Shown piece after piece: positions 42,764 to 54,348 of a stretch of DNA of 64,000 bases. The stretch's first letter is position 1. Every line of letters begins with the position of its first letter. This stretch comes from an uncultured Verrucomicrobiae bacterium (GTDB lineage: Bacteria; Verrucomicrobiota; Verrucomicrobiia; Chthoniobacterales; Chthoniobacteraceae), in assembly GCA_963769025.1 (NCBI GenBank), contig CAVYKI010000003.1:1184001-1248000 (forward strand), written 5' to 3'. The translations under genes were made by a program, and so were the position numbers. The notes under the pieces were generated by a model, which saw nothing but the letters and a program-made list of their open reading frames with translations, was not told where the DNA came from and did no database searches.

Positions 42764-44722
42764 TGTCATCGCTCTGGAAATTTCTCACTTCGGTCCGCCT
42801 CACCATCTGGCTGCTCGGCATTTCGGTGGCGCTCGTCTTTCTCGGCAGCATCGCGCAGGCGCCGGAGGGGCTCTGGAATGCGCAGGTGCGCTGGTTCAAG
42901 TCCTTCGTGGTGATCCGCCACGCGGGCGATGACTGGTGGGTGCCGCCGATTTTCCCCGGCGGACATCTGCTCGGCACGCTGCTGCTCATCAATCTGCTCG
43001 CCGCGCACTTCAAGCGGTTCCAGTTCAACTTCCGGAAATTCGGCATCCACCTCACGCACCTCGGCATCATCGTGCTGCTCATCGGCCAGCTCATCACGGA
43101 CAAGACGGCCGTCGAGAGCTTCATGAACTTCGAGGAGGGCGAGGCGCGCAACTTCACCGAGCATCACCGCGACGCGGAGCTCGTCTTCCTGCGCGACAAG
43201 GATGCGGATAATGACGAGGTCATCTCATTTCCTGAATCCATCGTGAGCAAGAAGGGCGAGCTCAAGCACGAGAAGCTGCCCTTCACGGTGCGCGTGCTCG
43301 AGTTCGGGGTGAACGGCGAAATCCTCAGCCTCGATTCGCTGCCGAAGGCGGCGGAGAACGTGAAGCGCGCGCTCACCACGCTGGATGCGAAATTTTCCTC
43401 CGCCGAGGCGCTCGTGCCCGTCGCCGAGGCGGACAGCGCGAACATGGACCGCGTGATGGTCTGGCGGCGCGTCCTGAAGGCGATGGGCGAAAAGCCCGGC
43501 GACCTCGTGGCCGACGTGAAGCGCATCGCCGCCGATCCGAAGCGCGGCGCCGAGCTGCTGGCGAAAGTGAAGGCGCAGTTCCGCGCGGACATGCTCGGCG
43601 CGTTCGAGCAGATGGGCGAGCGCGCGCGGCGTTTCGGCGCGCCGCGGATGGGCAGCGAGATGGGTTTTGTCGCGGAACTCGAATCCAAGGGACTCAGCGC
43701 CGATGCCGAGGCGCAGAAGCCCGCGGCGACGAACGGCTCGGGAAAATTCGCGCACATCGTGCCGCGCCCCGAGGTGAAGGACGACAAGCTGGGCCGCAAT
43801 TTCCAATACGCCGTGATCGAGATCCTCGAAGGCGGCAAATCGCTCGGCACATGGCTCGCGTCGTCGCGGCTGAACCCCGGCGAGATCGAGGCCGGCGGCC
43901 AGAAATGGCGCGTGGCGATGCGCAACGAGCGCTACTACCTGCCCTACTCGGTCCAGCTCGTCCGCGCGAAGCAGGAGGTCTATCAGGGCACGACGCAGGC
44001 GCGGGAATTCGCGAGCCGCGTGCAGATCAGCAACCCTGAGACGAATGAAAACCGCGGCGCGGACATCACGATGAACAACCCGCTGCGCTACGAGGGACTC
44101 ACCTTTTACCAGAGCACGATGGACCAGGGCGAACGCGGCCCCGGCACCGCCGCGCTGCTCGAGGCGCTCACCGGCCGGCCGCGCTCGGAATTCACCGGCA
44201 TGGAGCAGCAGGAAGGCGGACGCCGCAGCGGCCTGCAGGTCGTGGGAAATCCGAGCATGCTCGCGCCGTACACCGGCTGCCTGCTCGTGGGCTTCGGGAT
44301 GCTCTGGCAGTTCCTCTTTCACCTCACCGGCTTCCTCGCGAAGCGCGGTGGGCTGCCGCCGCCGCACTTCGGAGTGGCGCATCCGCTGCTCCCGCTTGTG
44401 CGCCGTGCTCATCATGGTGCCGGACATTTTCCTCGGCTGGGTCGCCTGGAAAAACGGGACGCTCTTCGCGATGGCCGTCGTCGCGGTCACGCCCTTCATC
44501 CGCCTCATCCTCGCGTGGCAGGTTTGGAAAGGGAAATACCTCGTGTTCTCGATGGTGCTCCTCCTCGTGCCCACCGTCCTCGCGATTCCCTTTGCCCTGA
44601 AATACCAGGAGACGCACGGCGCGATGCTGTGGCCCGTGACCATCGCGCAATTCGCCGCGTTCCTCGGCATCGCCTACGTCGTCTTCCGCAACCGCCCCAG
44701 CCTCACTCCCGCGACCGCATGA
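42763..44722 (+). CDS. resB: ResB/CcsB-like cytochrome c biogenesis protein with a C-terminal multi-TM extension; frameshift near 44400
   Basis: LTSVRLTIWLL, FLGSIAQ, GIHLTHLGIIVLLIG, FASRVQI, ITMNNPLRYEGLTFYQS, PYTGCLLVGFG; continues in ORF 44348-44722. Confidence 0.75.
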
Positions 44723-46611
44723 AAAAGTGGCTCCCTCTCATCATCACGCTCCTTTTCGCCGGCTGGTACGCCGGAAAGGTCCGCGTCCCCAAAAACACGG
44801 ATTGGGCCATCGCCGACTTCGGCCGCATCCCGATCGTCATGGACGGACGGCACATGCCGATGGATTCGCTCGCGCGCACGGTGCTCACTCTGCTGCGCGG
44901 CAAGCAGGAGGCGAACTACGAGCCGTGGAAGGGCGCGTTTGACAAGCCGCGCATCGTCACCGCGACCGAGTGGGCGCTGGAGTCCATGGTGCAGCCCGAG
45001 GTCGCCGACACGCGCCCGGTCATCCGCATCGACAACCCCGACGTGAAGGGCCTCTTCGATCTGCCGCAGGAAGCCGACGCTTCGAAGCAGACCGACGGCA
45101 AACATTTCTCGTGGTCGCAGCTCCAGCCGAAGTGGGAGGAATTCATCTCGGAGGTGCGCCGCGCATCCGCGAAGGAAGCCGACAAGCAGACGCCCTACGA
45201 GCAGGCGCTCATCCGCCTCGCGAGCGGCGCGCAGGCATACAGGAAAATGAAACTCACCTTTGGCCCCGCGGCCAGCGGCGACCTCGCGAGGGGACTCGCG
45301 GAATACAAGGAGCGCATCTCCGCGTGGCGCGAGGCCTTCAAGGCGAGCATGCAGAATCAGGAATATGATCAGATGGCCTACGGCTGGGGCGAGGAGCAGC
45401 GCACCTCCGCCGCGCTCATCGCGCCGCGCAAGGGCGCGGAGAAGGCCGGCGCCACGAAATGGGCCAGCCCCTTCGAGGAAGTGCTCGCGCTCGAACGCGG
45501 CGAACCCGCGCCGACGCTCGCCGGCTACGCCGACATGGCGAAGGCATTCCGCGCCGGTGACCGCGCCGGCTTTGCCGCTGCCGTGCGCAGCCATCTCGAC
45601 AGCATCGCGTCGAAGGAAGGCTTCGCCGCCGATCTCAAAAAGGCGACGCGCGAACAACTCCTCAGCTACGCCGCGCCGTTCTACTACGGCATGGTCATCA
45701 CCGTGGTCGCAGCGCTCTTCGCCATCGCCTCGTGGTTCAGTTCGGGAGGGCTGGAATGGGCGCGCCGCACCGCCGTGCAGCTCATGCTGCTCGTGCTCGT
45801 GATCCACACCGCCGGACTCATCGCGCGCTTCGTGATCGAGGGCCGTCCGCCGGTCACCACGCTCTACACGTCCGCGATTTTCATCGGCTGGGCCGCCGCG
45901 ATTTTCGGCCTGCTGCTCGAGCGCATCTATCCCTTCGCCATCGGCGTCGTCGTCGCCGCGGCACTGGATTTCTGTTCGCTCTTCATCGCGCACTATCTCC
46001 AGGTCCAGGACGGCACGACCTTCAAGGTCCTCCAGCCCGTGCTCGACACGAACTTCTGGCTCGCGACGCACGTGGTCATCGTCACGCTCGGCTACGCCGC
46101 GACATTTTTTGGCGGCTTCATCGCCATCATCTACGTCATCCGCGGCTCATTCGGCGGGAACCTCACGCCCGACCTCGCCCGCGCGCTTTCGCGGATGGTC
46201 TATGCGGTCATCTGCTTCGCGACGCTCTTCAGCTTCGTCGGCACCGTGCTTGGCGGCTTGTGGGCGGATCAAAGCTGGGGCCGCTTCTGGGGCTGGGACG
46301 TGAAGGAAAACGGCGCGCTCATGATCGTGCTCTGGAACGCCATCCTCCTCCACGCCCGCTGGGGCAGCGTGCTCGACGAGCGCGGCCTCATGTGCTGCGC
46401 GATCGGCGGCAACATCGTCACCGCGTGGTCGTGGTTCGGCGTGAACAACCTCGGCATCGGCCTGCACAGCTACGGCTTCACCTCCGGCGTCATGATCGCC
46501 CTCGTGATCTTCGCCGCCTCGCAACTCGCCCTCATCGTCTGCGGGTGGATTTTCTGCCGCCCGCACGTCGGTTTCGAGGCGAAAGCCAAACTCGAGCCGC
46601 AGGCGGCTTGA
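44719..46611 (+). CDS. ccsA: Cytochrome c biogenesis protein CcsA (System II heme lyase) with a large periplasmic N-terminal domain
   Basis: GRPPVTTLY, PVLDTNFWLATHV, WWD domain GTVLGGLWADQSWGRFWGWDVKENGAL, LLHARW, WFGVN.LGIGLHSYGF; ATGA overlap with resB. Confidence 0.9.
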   Translation: MKKWLPLIITLLFAGWYAGKVRVPKNTDWAIADFGRIPIVMDGRHMPMDSLARTVLTLLRGKQEANYEPWKGAFDKPRIVTATEWALESMVQPEVADTRPVIRIDNPDVKGLFDLPQEADASKQTDGKHFSWSQLQPKWEEFISEVRRASAKEADKQTPYEQALIRLASGAQAYRKMKLTFGPAASGDLARGLAEYKERISAWREAFKASMQNQEYDQMAYGWGEEQRTSAALIAPRKGAEKAGATKWASPFEEVLALERGEPAPTLAGYADMAKAFRAGDRAGFAAAVRSHLDSIASKEGFAADLKKATREQLLSYAAPFYYGMVITVVAALFAIASWFSSGGLEWARRTAVQLMLLVLVIHTAGLIARFVIEGRPPVTTLYTSAIFIGWAAAIFGLLLERIYPFAIGVVVAAALDFCSLFIAHYLQVQDGTTFKVLQPVLDTNFWLATHVVIVTLGYAATFFGGFIAIIYVIRGSFGGNLTPDLARALSRMVYAVICFATLFSFVGTVLGGLWADQSWGRFWGWDVKENGALMIVLWNAILLHARWGSVLDERGLMCCAIGGNIVTAWSWFGVNNLGIGLHSYGFTSGVMIALVIFAASQLALIVCGWIFCRPHVGFEAKAKLEPQAA

Positions 46612-46644
46612 CCGCGGCGCACGCGCTGTTACCGACGACGCCCC

Positions 46645-47004
46645 ATGCCTGATCCGATCCGCGAATCCGAATTCCTTCCCGTCGAAGTCACCCGCGACAC
46701 CGTCCTCGCCGATCCGACCGGCAATCCCTTCAAGCTCGTCGTGGACCCGGTCATGCGCATCAAGCTGCGCCGCGCGCTGTTTGATCTCATCGAAAATCAC
46801 GACGAGGAGCTGGCCAACTACGTCAGCGACGGCCTGCTCGCGCTGGAGAGCTACAAGGAATACATCGAAATCTTCGCCAAGAGCCTCCGCGAAAGCATGG
46901 CCACCCGCGAAGGCGTCGCCTATCTCCTTCAGGCCTGCGGCTTCCACATCAACCCAGCGGAGATCAACCTGGCTCCCGAGACGCGCTGGAAGATCCATCG
47001 CTGA
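46645..47004 (+). CDS. Hypothetical protein
   Basis: 119-aa ORF with strong GC3 codon bias and normal protein composition; family not recognised. Confidence 0.7.
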   Translation: MPDPIRESEFLPVEVTRDTVLADPTGNPFKLVVDPVMRIKLRRALFDLIENHDEELANYVSDGLLALESYKEYIEIFAKSLRESMATREGVAYLLQACGFHINPAEINLAPETRWKIHR

Positions 47005-47074
47005 GGGGCCGGCCCGCGTTCGCTGCGGGCGACGCATTCGTGGTTGTCGAAAGTGATCTGGCCGAACGGCGCAA

Positions 47075-47488
47075 TCAGCCCCCGAATTTCACGCCGGCCT
47101 TTTGCACCTCGCGATAGGGCAGAAGCCAGATGAGCGACTCGTCGTGCAGATCCACCACCTGGATGCGGTTTCCCCACGGGTCGCGGAAATCGCAGCGGAA
47201 GCCTTTGATCAGTTCGATGCCGTATTTCCCGGTCAGCTTCTCGCGCACTTCGGCGATTTGTGTGTCATCGCGCACCATGATGCCGAAGTGATGGTCGCCC
47301 TCCACGCGCGGCATTCCCTTCCGCTCGAACATCGCAAGGAACTGATGCTCTCCGAGCTGGAAAAACGCATCGCCTTCGCCGCCGTCGAGCTTCTTCAGAC
47401 CGAAGACATCCTCGTAAAACGCCACCGCCTTCCGGACATCTCCGACTTCGATAGCCACGTGGTTGCAGCCGTAAACTTGCACACTCAT
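47075..47488 (-). CDS. VOC (glyoxalase/bleomycin resistance) family protein
   Basis: NHVAIEVGDVRKAVAFYEDVFGL, HFGIMV, FRDPWGNRIQV. Confidence 0.88.
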   Translation of the reverse strand: MSVQVYGCNHVAIEVGDVRKAVAFYEDVFGLKKLDGGEGDAFFQLGEHQFLAMFERKGMPRVEGDHHFGIMVRDDTQIAEVREKLTGKYGIELIKGFRCDFRDPWGNRIQVVDLHDESLIWLLPYREVQKAGVKFGG

Positions 47489-47723
47489 GGGATGAATTGG
47501 TTGGCCGCCCGGGTGGCGGTTTGTCCTGCAAGGAACACGATTTCTGTTCCGTCGGCAAGATCGCCAGTGAAGCTCGCAGCGGCGGACCCGTTCTTCCGAT
47601 GAGCGCGCGTTGCGCCGCCGCATTTGAAGGCATTTCGCGCACGCCGGCCCGCTCGCTTTCCCACCGCAAATCTTCCCGCTCGCCAACTGACAGCCGGTGG
47701 GCAAATCCTTGCAATACTCCGCC

Positions 47724-50296
47724 ATGAACCGCTCCCGCATCACATCGCTCCGCACACCTTCCATCCTCGTCGCCTTCGCGGCCATCGCCGCGGGCTCGCT
47801 CGCGTGGGCGTTGCATGAAAAAAACGCGGGCCCGCAGCAGTTCGAGATCAAATTCAAGCTCCCGCCGCCAAAGCCCCTCTCGCCGGAGGAGGCATTGAAG
47901 TCGTTCAAGGTCCCGAAGGGCTTTCGTGTCGAACTCGTCGCGGCGGAACCGATGGTGGAAGTCCCGGTCGCGCAGAGCTGGGATGAGCAGGGCCGCATGT
48001 TTGTCTGCGAGATGCGCGGCTACATGCACGACGTGGAGGGCAAGGGCGAGGATCAGCCGATCGGCCGCATCGTCATCCTCGAGGACACGGACGGCGACGG
48101 GAAGATGGACAAGCGCACCGTCTTTGCCGACGGGCTGGTCCTGCCGCGCGCCGTGGTGTGCGTGAATGGCGGCGCGCTCGTCTCCGAGCCGCCGGTGCTG
48201 TGGTTTATGAAGGACACGGACGGCGACGGCGACGCGGACGTGAAGGAGCAGGTGGATCCCGACGTACGGCTCCCGCGGCGGCCAGCCGGAGCACATGGCG
48301 AACTCGCCGACGCGCTTTCTCGACAACTGGATCTACTCCGCGAACCACGGCATCCGCTACAGGCTCAAGGATGGAAAATGGACCTCCGACGGCTCCGGCC
48401 GCCGCGGGCAGTGGGGCATGACGCAGGACGACTACGGGCGTCCCTATTACAATTTCAACTCCGACTTCCTCCGCGCGAATTTCGTCGCGGAGACGTTCTA
48501 CAAGCGCAACCCGAACTTTCCCGCGACTGCGGGCACGGGCGTGCAGCTCCTCAAGGATCAGACCTGCTGGCCGTCGCATCCGACGCCGGGCGTGAACCGC
48601 GGCTACGAGCCGAAGCAGTTGCGCGAGGACGGCACGCTCGCAAAAGCCACGGCGACCTGCGGGGCGGGCATCTATCGCGGCGGGCTTTTCCCGAAGGAAT
48701 ACGTCGGCAACGCTCTTCATCCCCGAGCCCGCCGGCAATCTCGTGAAGCGCGTGATCGTCGACGAAAAGGACGCCGTGCTCACCGGCAGGAACGCATACG
48801 GCGCGAACACGGAATTCATGACCTCGACCGATGAGCGCTTCCGCCCCGTCAACGCCTACACGGGGCCGGACGGCGCGCTCTACATCACGGACATGTATCG
48901 CGGCATCATCCAGCACAAGGGCTTCCTCACGCACTACCTCATCGCGAACATCAAGGACCGCAAACTGGAGGAGCCTTTCGACAAGGGCCGCATCTGGCGC
49001 ATCGTCCCCGACGGCGCGAAGCCGAAGACCGTGAAGCTGCCCGCGGACAACGAGGGAATCGCGGATCTCCTCGGCCACGCGAACGGCGTCATCCGCGACA
49101 CCGCTCAGCGCGTGCTCGTGGAGAAAAAGGACGCCACCGTCGCGCCCGCGATCGGGAACATCGCGACGACCAGCAAGAACCCGCTCGCAAAGATCCACGC
49201 GCTCTGGACGCTCGAGGGCATGGCCGCGCTGACCCCCGAGGTCGTCACCGCATGCCTCGAGGACAAGAATCCCAAGGTCCGCGCCACCGCCGTGCGCGTC
49301 GCCGATCGCACGCTCGCTCCCGCGCTTGCCAAGCTCGTGAACGACCCCTCCGTGGACGTGCAGATCGCGCTCGCGTTTGCGCTGGGCGGATATCCCGAGA
49401 CGCAGGACGCCGCCATCGCGCTCGCCCGCCGCTCCGGCGCAAACCCGCTCGTCCGCGAAGCCATCCTCTCCGGCCTGCGGGGCCGCGAACTCGAAGTCCT
49501 CGAAAGCATGATCGCCAAGCCCGCGCCCGCGGAGATGCTCGGCGCGCTCGCGCAGGCCGTGATGAATGAGCGCCGTTCCGCCCGCGTGAAGAAACTGCTC
49601 ACGCTCATCGCCGCCCAACCGGCGAACGGCCCCGTGCAGATCGCCATGCTCCAGGGCGCATCCGGCAAAACCACGGCGAAGACAGCGCCGAAGATCAAGC
49701 TGCTCTACCTCGATTCCGAATCCTCCGAGATCGCCGCGCTCGCGGCGACCGCAAACGCAACGGCCAAACCCCTCGTCGCCGCAGTGGACGCGCGCGTCGC
49801 GTGGCCGAACAAGCCCGGCGTCCCGCCGCCGCCGGTCATCGTGCCGCTCACGCCCGACCAGCAGAAGCTTTTCGAGGGCGGCCGCACCGTTTACGCCATG
49901 CTCTGCACCGCCTGCCACCAGCCCAACGGCACCGGAATGGACGGGCTCGCCCCCGCACTCGTGGACAGCGACTGGGTGCTCGGCGATCCCACGATTCTTT
50001 CACGCATCATCCTCCACGGGCTCAGCGGTCCCATCAAAGTGAACGGCCAGACTTGGAGCCTCGACATGCCGCCGCTCGGCCCCGCCCTCAACGACGAGCA
50101 AATCGCGGGCGTGCTCACCTACATCCGCCGCGAGTGGGAGCACAACGCCTCGCCCGTCAGCATCGCCGACGTGGCCAAGATCCGCGAGCTGCACAAGACC
50201 CGCACGAAGGCATGGACGGAAGCCGAACTGAAACCCGCCTCGAAGAAACCGGCCGCCGAGAAACCAAAGCCGGTCGCGAAGCCCGCCAAGAACTGA
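47724..50296 (+). CDS. PVC-type membrane-bound dehydrogenase domain protein with HEAT repeats and a C-terminal cytochrome c; frameshifts near 48265 and 48715
   Basis: LSPEEALKSFKVPKGFRVELVAAEP, LEDTDGDGKMDKRTVF, DERFRPV..GPDGALYITDMYRG, IHALWTLEG, CTACHQPNG.G, MPP, LTYIR. Confidence 0.85.
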
Positions 50297-50326
50297 CGCG
50301 CAGGGGCGCCCCGGCACATTCCCCCG

Positions 50327-51313
50327 ATGCCCGCGCAGAGCCCCACGCAGGACGGCAGGCCCACCCTGCGTGTAGCGTCGGTGCAGTTTGAAAGTCAGCC
50401 CGGCGAGAAGGACGCGAACTTCCGCAAGGTTGAGACGTTCGCGGAACAGGCCGCCGCGCAAGGCGTGCGGCTGCTCGTGTTCCCGGAGTGCTGCATCACG
50501 GGGTATTGGTTCATCCGCAATCTCACCGTCCCGCAGCTCGCGGAACTCGCAGAGCCGATCCCCGACGGGCCGAGCACGCGGCACTTGATCGCACTCGCGC
50601 GCAAGCACGGCATCACCATCGGCGCCGGCTTGGTAGAGGACGCGGGTGGCGGCGTGTTTCACAACAGCTACGTCGTCGCGCTCCCCGACGGAACGTGGCA
50701 TCGGCATCGCAAGCTCCACGCCTTCGAGCACACCTCCATCCGGAGCGGGAACGATTACACGGTGTTCGATTTGCCCGATGGTTTCCGCGTCGGCGTGCTC
50801 ATTTGCTACGACTGCAATCTCGTCGAAAACGTGCGCATCACCGCGCTGCGAGGGGCGGAGATTCTCATCGCACCGCACCAGACCGGGGCCGTGCGGAGCC
50901 GGAATCCGAACCTGATGGGAATGATCGATCGCCGCCTTTGGGAAAACCGGCGCTCCGATCCCGAGGCGATCGAGCGCGAATTCCGCAGCGACAAGGGTCG
51001 CGGTTGGCTCATGCGCTGGCTGCCCAGCCGCGCGCACGACAACGGCATCTTCCTCATCTTCAGCAACGGCGTCGGCGTCGATGACGACGAAATCCGCACC
51101 GGCAACGCGATGATCCTCGATCCCTACGGCCGCATCCTCGCCGAGACGTGGAAGGCGGAGGACGCCATGGTCATCGCCGATCTCGACGCGCGACTGCTCA
51201 CCGATGCGACGGGCAACAAATGGATCCGTGCCCGGCGACCCGAACTCTACACGCCGCTCACCGTGCCCACCGGCATGGAGTGCGACGTGCGCACGCTGAA
51301 GTTTGAGGAGTAG
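50327..51313 (+). CDS. Nitrilase/carbon-nitrogen hydrolase family protein
   Basis: Catalytic triad motifs LLVFPECCITGY, HRKLH and GVLICYD; GNAMILDPYG, RRPELY. Confidence 0.92.
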   Translation: MPAQSPTQDGRPTLRVASVQFESQPGEKDANFRKVETFAEQAAAQGVRLLVFPECCITGYWFIRNLTVPQLAELAEPIPDGPSTRHLIALARKHGITIGAGLVEDAGGGVFHNSYVVALPDGTWHRHRKLHAFEHTSIRSGNDYTVFDLPDGFRVGVLICYDCNLVENVRITALRGAEILIAPHQTGAVRSRNPNLMGMIDRRLWENRRSDPEAIEREFRSDKGRGWLMRWLPSRAHDNGIFLIFSNGVGVDDDEIRTGNAMILDPYGRILAETWKAEDAMVIADLDARLLTDATGNKWIRARRPELYTPLTVPTGMECDVRTLKFEE

Positions 51314-51336
51314 TGCCGCCCGTAGGCCGGCACTGC
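51310..51336. terminator. Hairpin between convergent genes
   Basis: GTAGTGCCG...CGGCACTGC stem; no U-tract. Confidence 0.3.
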
Positions 51337-51340
51337 CGGG

Positions 51341-51739
51341 TCAAATCCCCAGCGCGAGCAGCAGCGAACCGTCGATCCTCGTGGAGGAACCCAGCCCGTG
51401 GCGCATGCGGAAACTGCGGATCGCCCCCCGTGTGCCGGGACCGGCGTCACCGTCGATGGAACCGGTGTAATAGCCACGATTTTTCAACGCCCGCTGGACC
51501 CGGACGACGGTCGATTCTCTCGAAGACCTGCCACGATAGTGGTGAGGGGGCGGTGGTGGTTGCGGCGGCGGGATCACGATGCGCCCACGTGGAACCGGAA
51601 AACCGGAGCCGGGCTGCCCCGGGCCGGGAGGCGGGCTTGCCGGTCCGCCAGCGGGCGGCGGCTGGGCCAAAGCCACGGTCGCCATGGAGGCAGCCGCGAC
51701 GACCGAGACGATGCGAAGCAAACGGAAGGATGTTTTCAT
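51341..51739 (-). CDS. Small secreted Pro-rich peptidoglycan-binding domain protein (array copy 3)
   Basis: Signal peptide ALA-Q; poly-Pro; VQRALKNRGYYTGSIDGDAGPGTRGAIRSF. Confidence 0.85.
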   Translation of the reverse strand: MKTSFRLLRIVSVVAAASMATVALAQPPPAGGPASPPPGPGQPGSGFPVPRGRIVIPPPQPPPPPHHYRGRSSRESTVVRVQRALKNRGYYTGSIDGDAGPGTRGAIRSFRMRHGLGSSTRIDGSLLLALGI

Positions 51740-51751
51740 GCGATGAATATA

Positions 51752-52243
51752 CTACAGGCCGAGCGCACGCAGAAGGCTGGAATCGATCGCCGAAGAGGGC
51801 TCCATCCCCTTCTCTTCGCGGAAAGCACGAATGGCGGCACGCGTTCCACTCCCTGCATCTCCATCGATCGCTCCGGCATAATAGCCGCGCGTCTTCAATG
51901 CGCTCTGAACTTGGACGACAGTCGTATCCCGCGAAAAACTCGAACTCCGGTAAACCCGCGAACTCCCACGGTAGTAAGGCGGTGGAGGTGGCGGCGGCGG
52001 GATCGGAACCACGAGGCGAAAGCCGGATCCGCCCTGCATCGGACCACCTGATTGCGGGCCTTCCGGGCCACCCTTCTTGCGCTGTTTGCCTCCCTCGTCA
52101 CCCCGCTGCCCCGGTGGGCCGCCACTGGCCGGTCCGCCGGATGGTTGGTCGCCTTTCTTTGGTTTCTTTGCAAAGGCCGCCGGAGTGACGGCCAAGGCAC
52201 CTGCGATGGTGACGATGGAGAATAAGCGGAGTGAGGCTCTCAT
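51752..52243 (-). CDS. Small secreted Pro/Gly-rich peptidoglycan-binding domain protein (array copy 2)
   Basis: Signal peptide [42 protein letters not shown]. Confidence 0.85.
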   Translation of the reverse strand: MRASLRLFSIVTIAGALAVTPAAFAKKPKKGDQPSGGPASGGPPGQRGDEGGKQRKKGGPEGPQSGGPMQGGSGFRLVVPIPPPPPPPPYYRGSSRVYRSSSFSRDTTVVQVQSALKTRGYYAGAIDGDAGSGTRAAIRAFREEKGMEPSSAIDSSLLRALGL

Positions 52244-52249
52244 GGATGA

Positions 52250-52666
52250 TTACAGACCGAGCGCACGTAACAGGGTGCCATCAATCCTCGTCGAGTATGA
52301 AAGTCCGCTATCCCTCCGGAACCCGGCAATCGCGGCCCTGGTGCCACGGCCAGCAATTCCATCGATAGCCCCGGCGTAATAGCCGCGATTTTTCAACGCT
52401 CGCTGGACCCGCACCACAGTCGAGCTCGTGCCTGAATAGTAGCTCGAAGAGCGATGGCGATAATGCGGCGGGGGCGGCGGTGGAATGAGCCGCTCCAGAA
52501 TCGGGCCGGGTCCGGGTCCAGGGCCGGGCCCGGGTCCGGGGCCTCCCGGGCCGGGACCTCCTGGCCCACCGCGTCCTCCGGGCGGCGGTTGCGCAAAACT
52601 CACGGGAAGAGTGGCGACGAGGGTCAGTGCCGCCACGACGCAGGAAAAACGGGATACTGTTTTCAT
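52250..52666 (-). CDS. Small secreted Gly-Pro repeat peptidoglycan-binding domain protein (array copy 1)
   Basis: Signal peptide SFA-Q; (GP)n and PPPPPP; VQRALKNRGYYAGAIDGIAGRGTRAAIAGF. Confidence 0.85.
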   Translation of the reverse strand: MKTVSRFSCVVAALTLVATLPVSFAQPPPGGRGGPGGPGPGGPGPGPGPGPGPGPILERLIPPPPPPHYRHRSSSYYSGTSSTVVRVQRALKNRGYYAGAIDGIAGRGTRAAIAGFRRDSGLSYSTRIDGTLLRALGL

Positions 52667-52834
52667 AAACAGGATTCGAGACTCGCAGCCCGACTGGCTG
52701 CATAAAATTGCCGCCAGCCGGAATCGCCCTCACGTGGAGCACTCTCGACTTCCTCGGCGAATCTTTCGTTCCGGCGACCCTCCATTTTTGCTGCTTCCAC
52801 GCTCCGATTCTTGGAACATTCCAACGCTCCTGCC

Positions 52835-54344
<1,510 letters not shown>

Positions 54345-54348
<4 letters not shown>

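Noticed and set aside
42676..46611. 1311-aa ORF suggesting a natural ResB-CcsA fusion
   Set aside because: The linker (VRRAHHGAGHF...) is wrong-frame text caused by a frameshift near 44400; the sensible hydrophobic frame stops at 44722, overlapping a proper ccsA ATG
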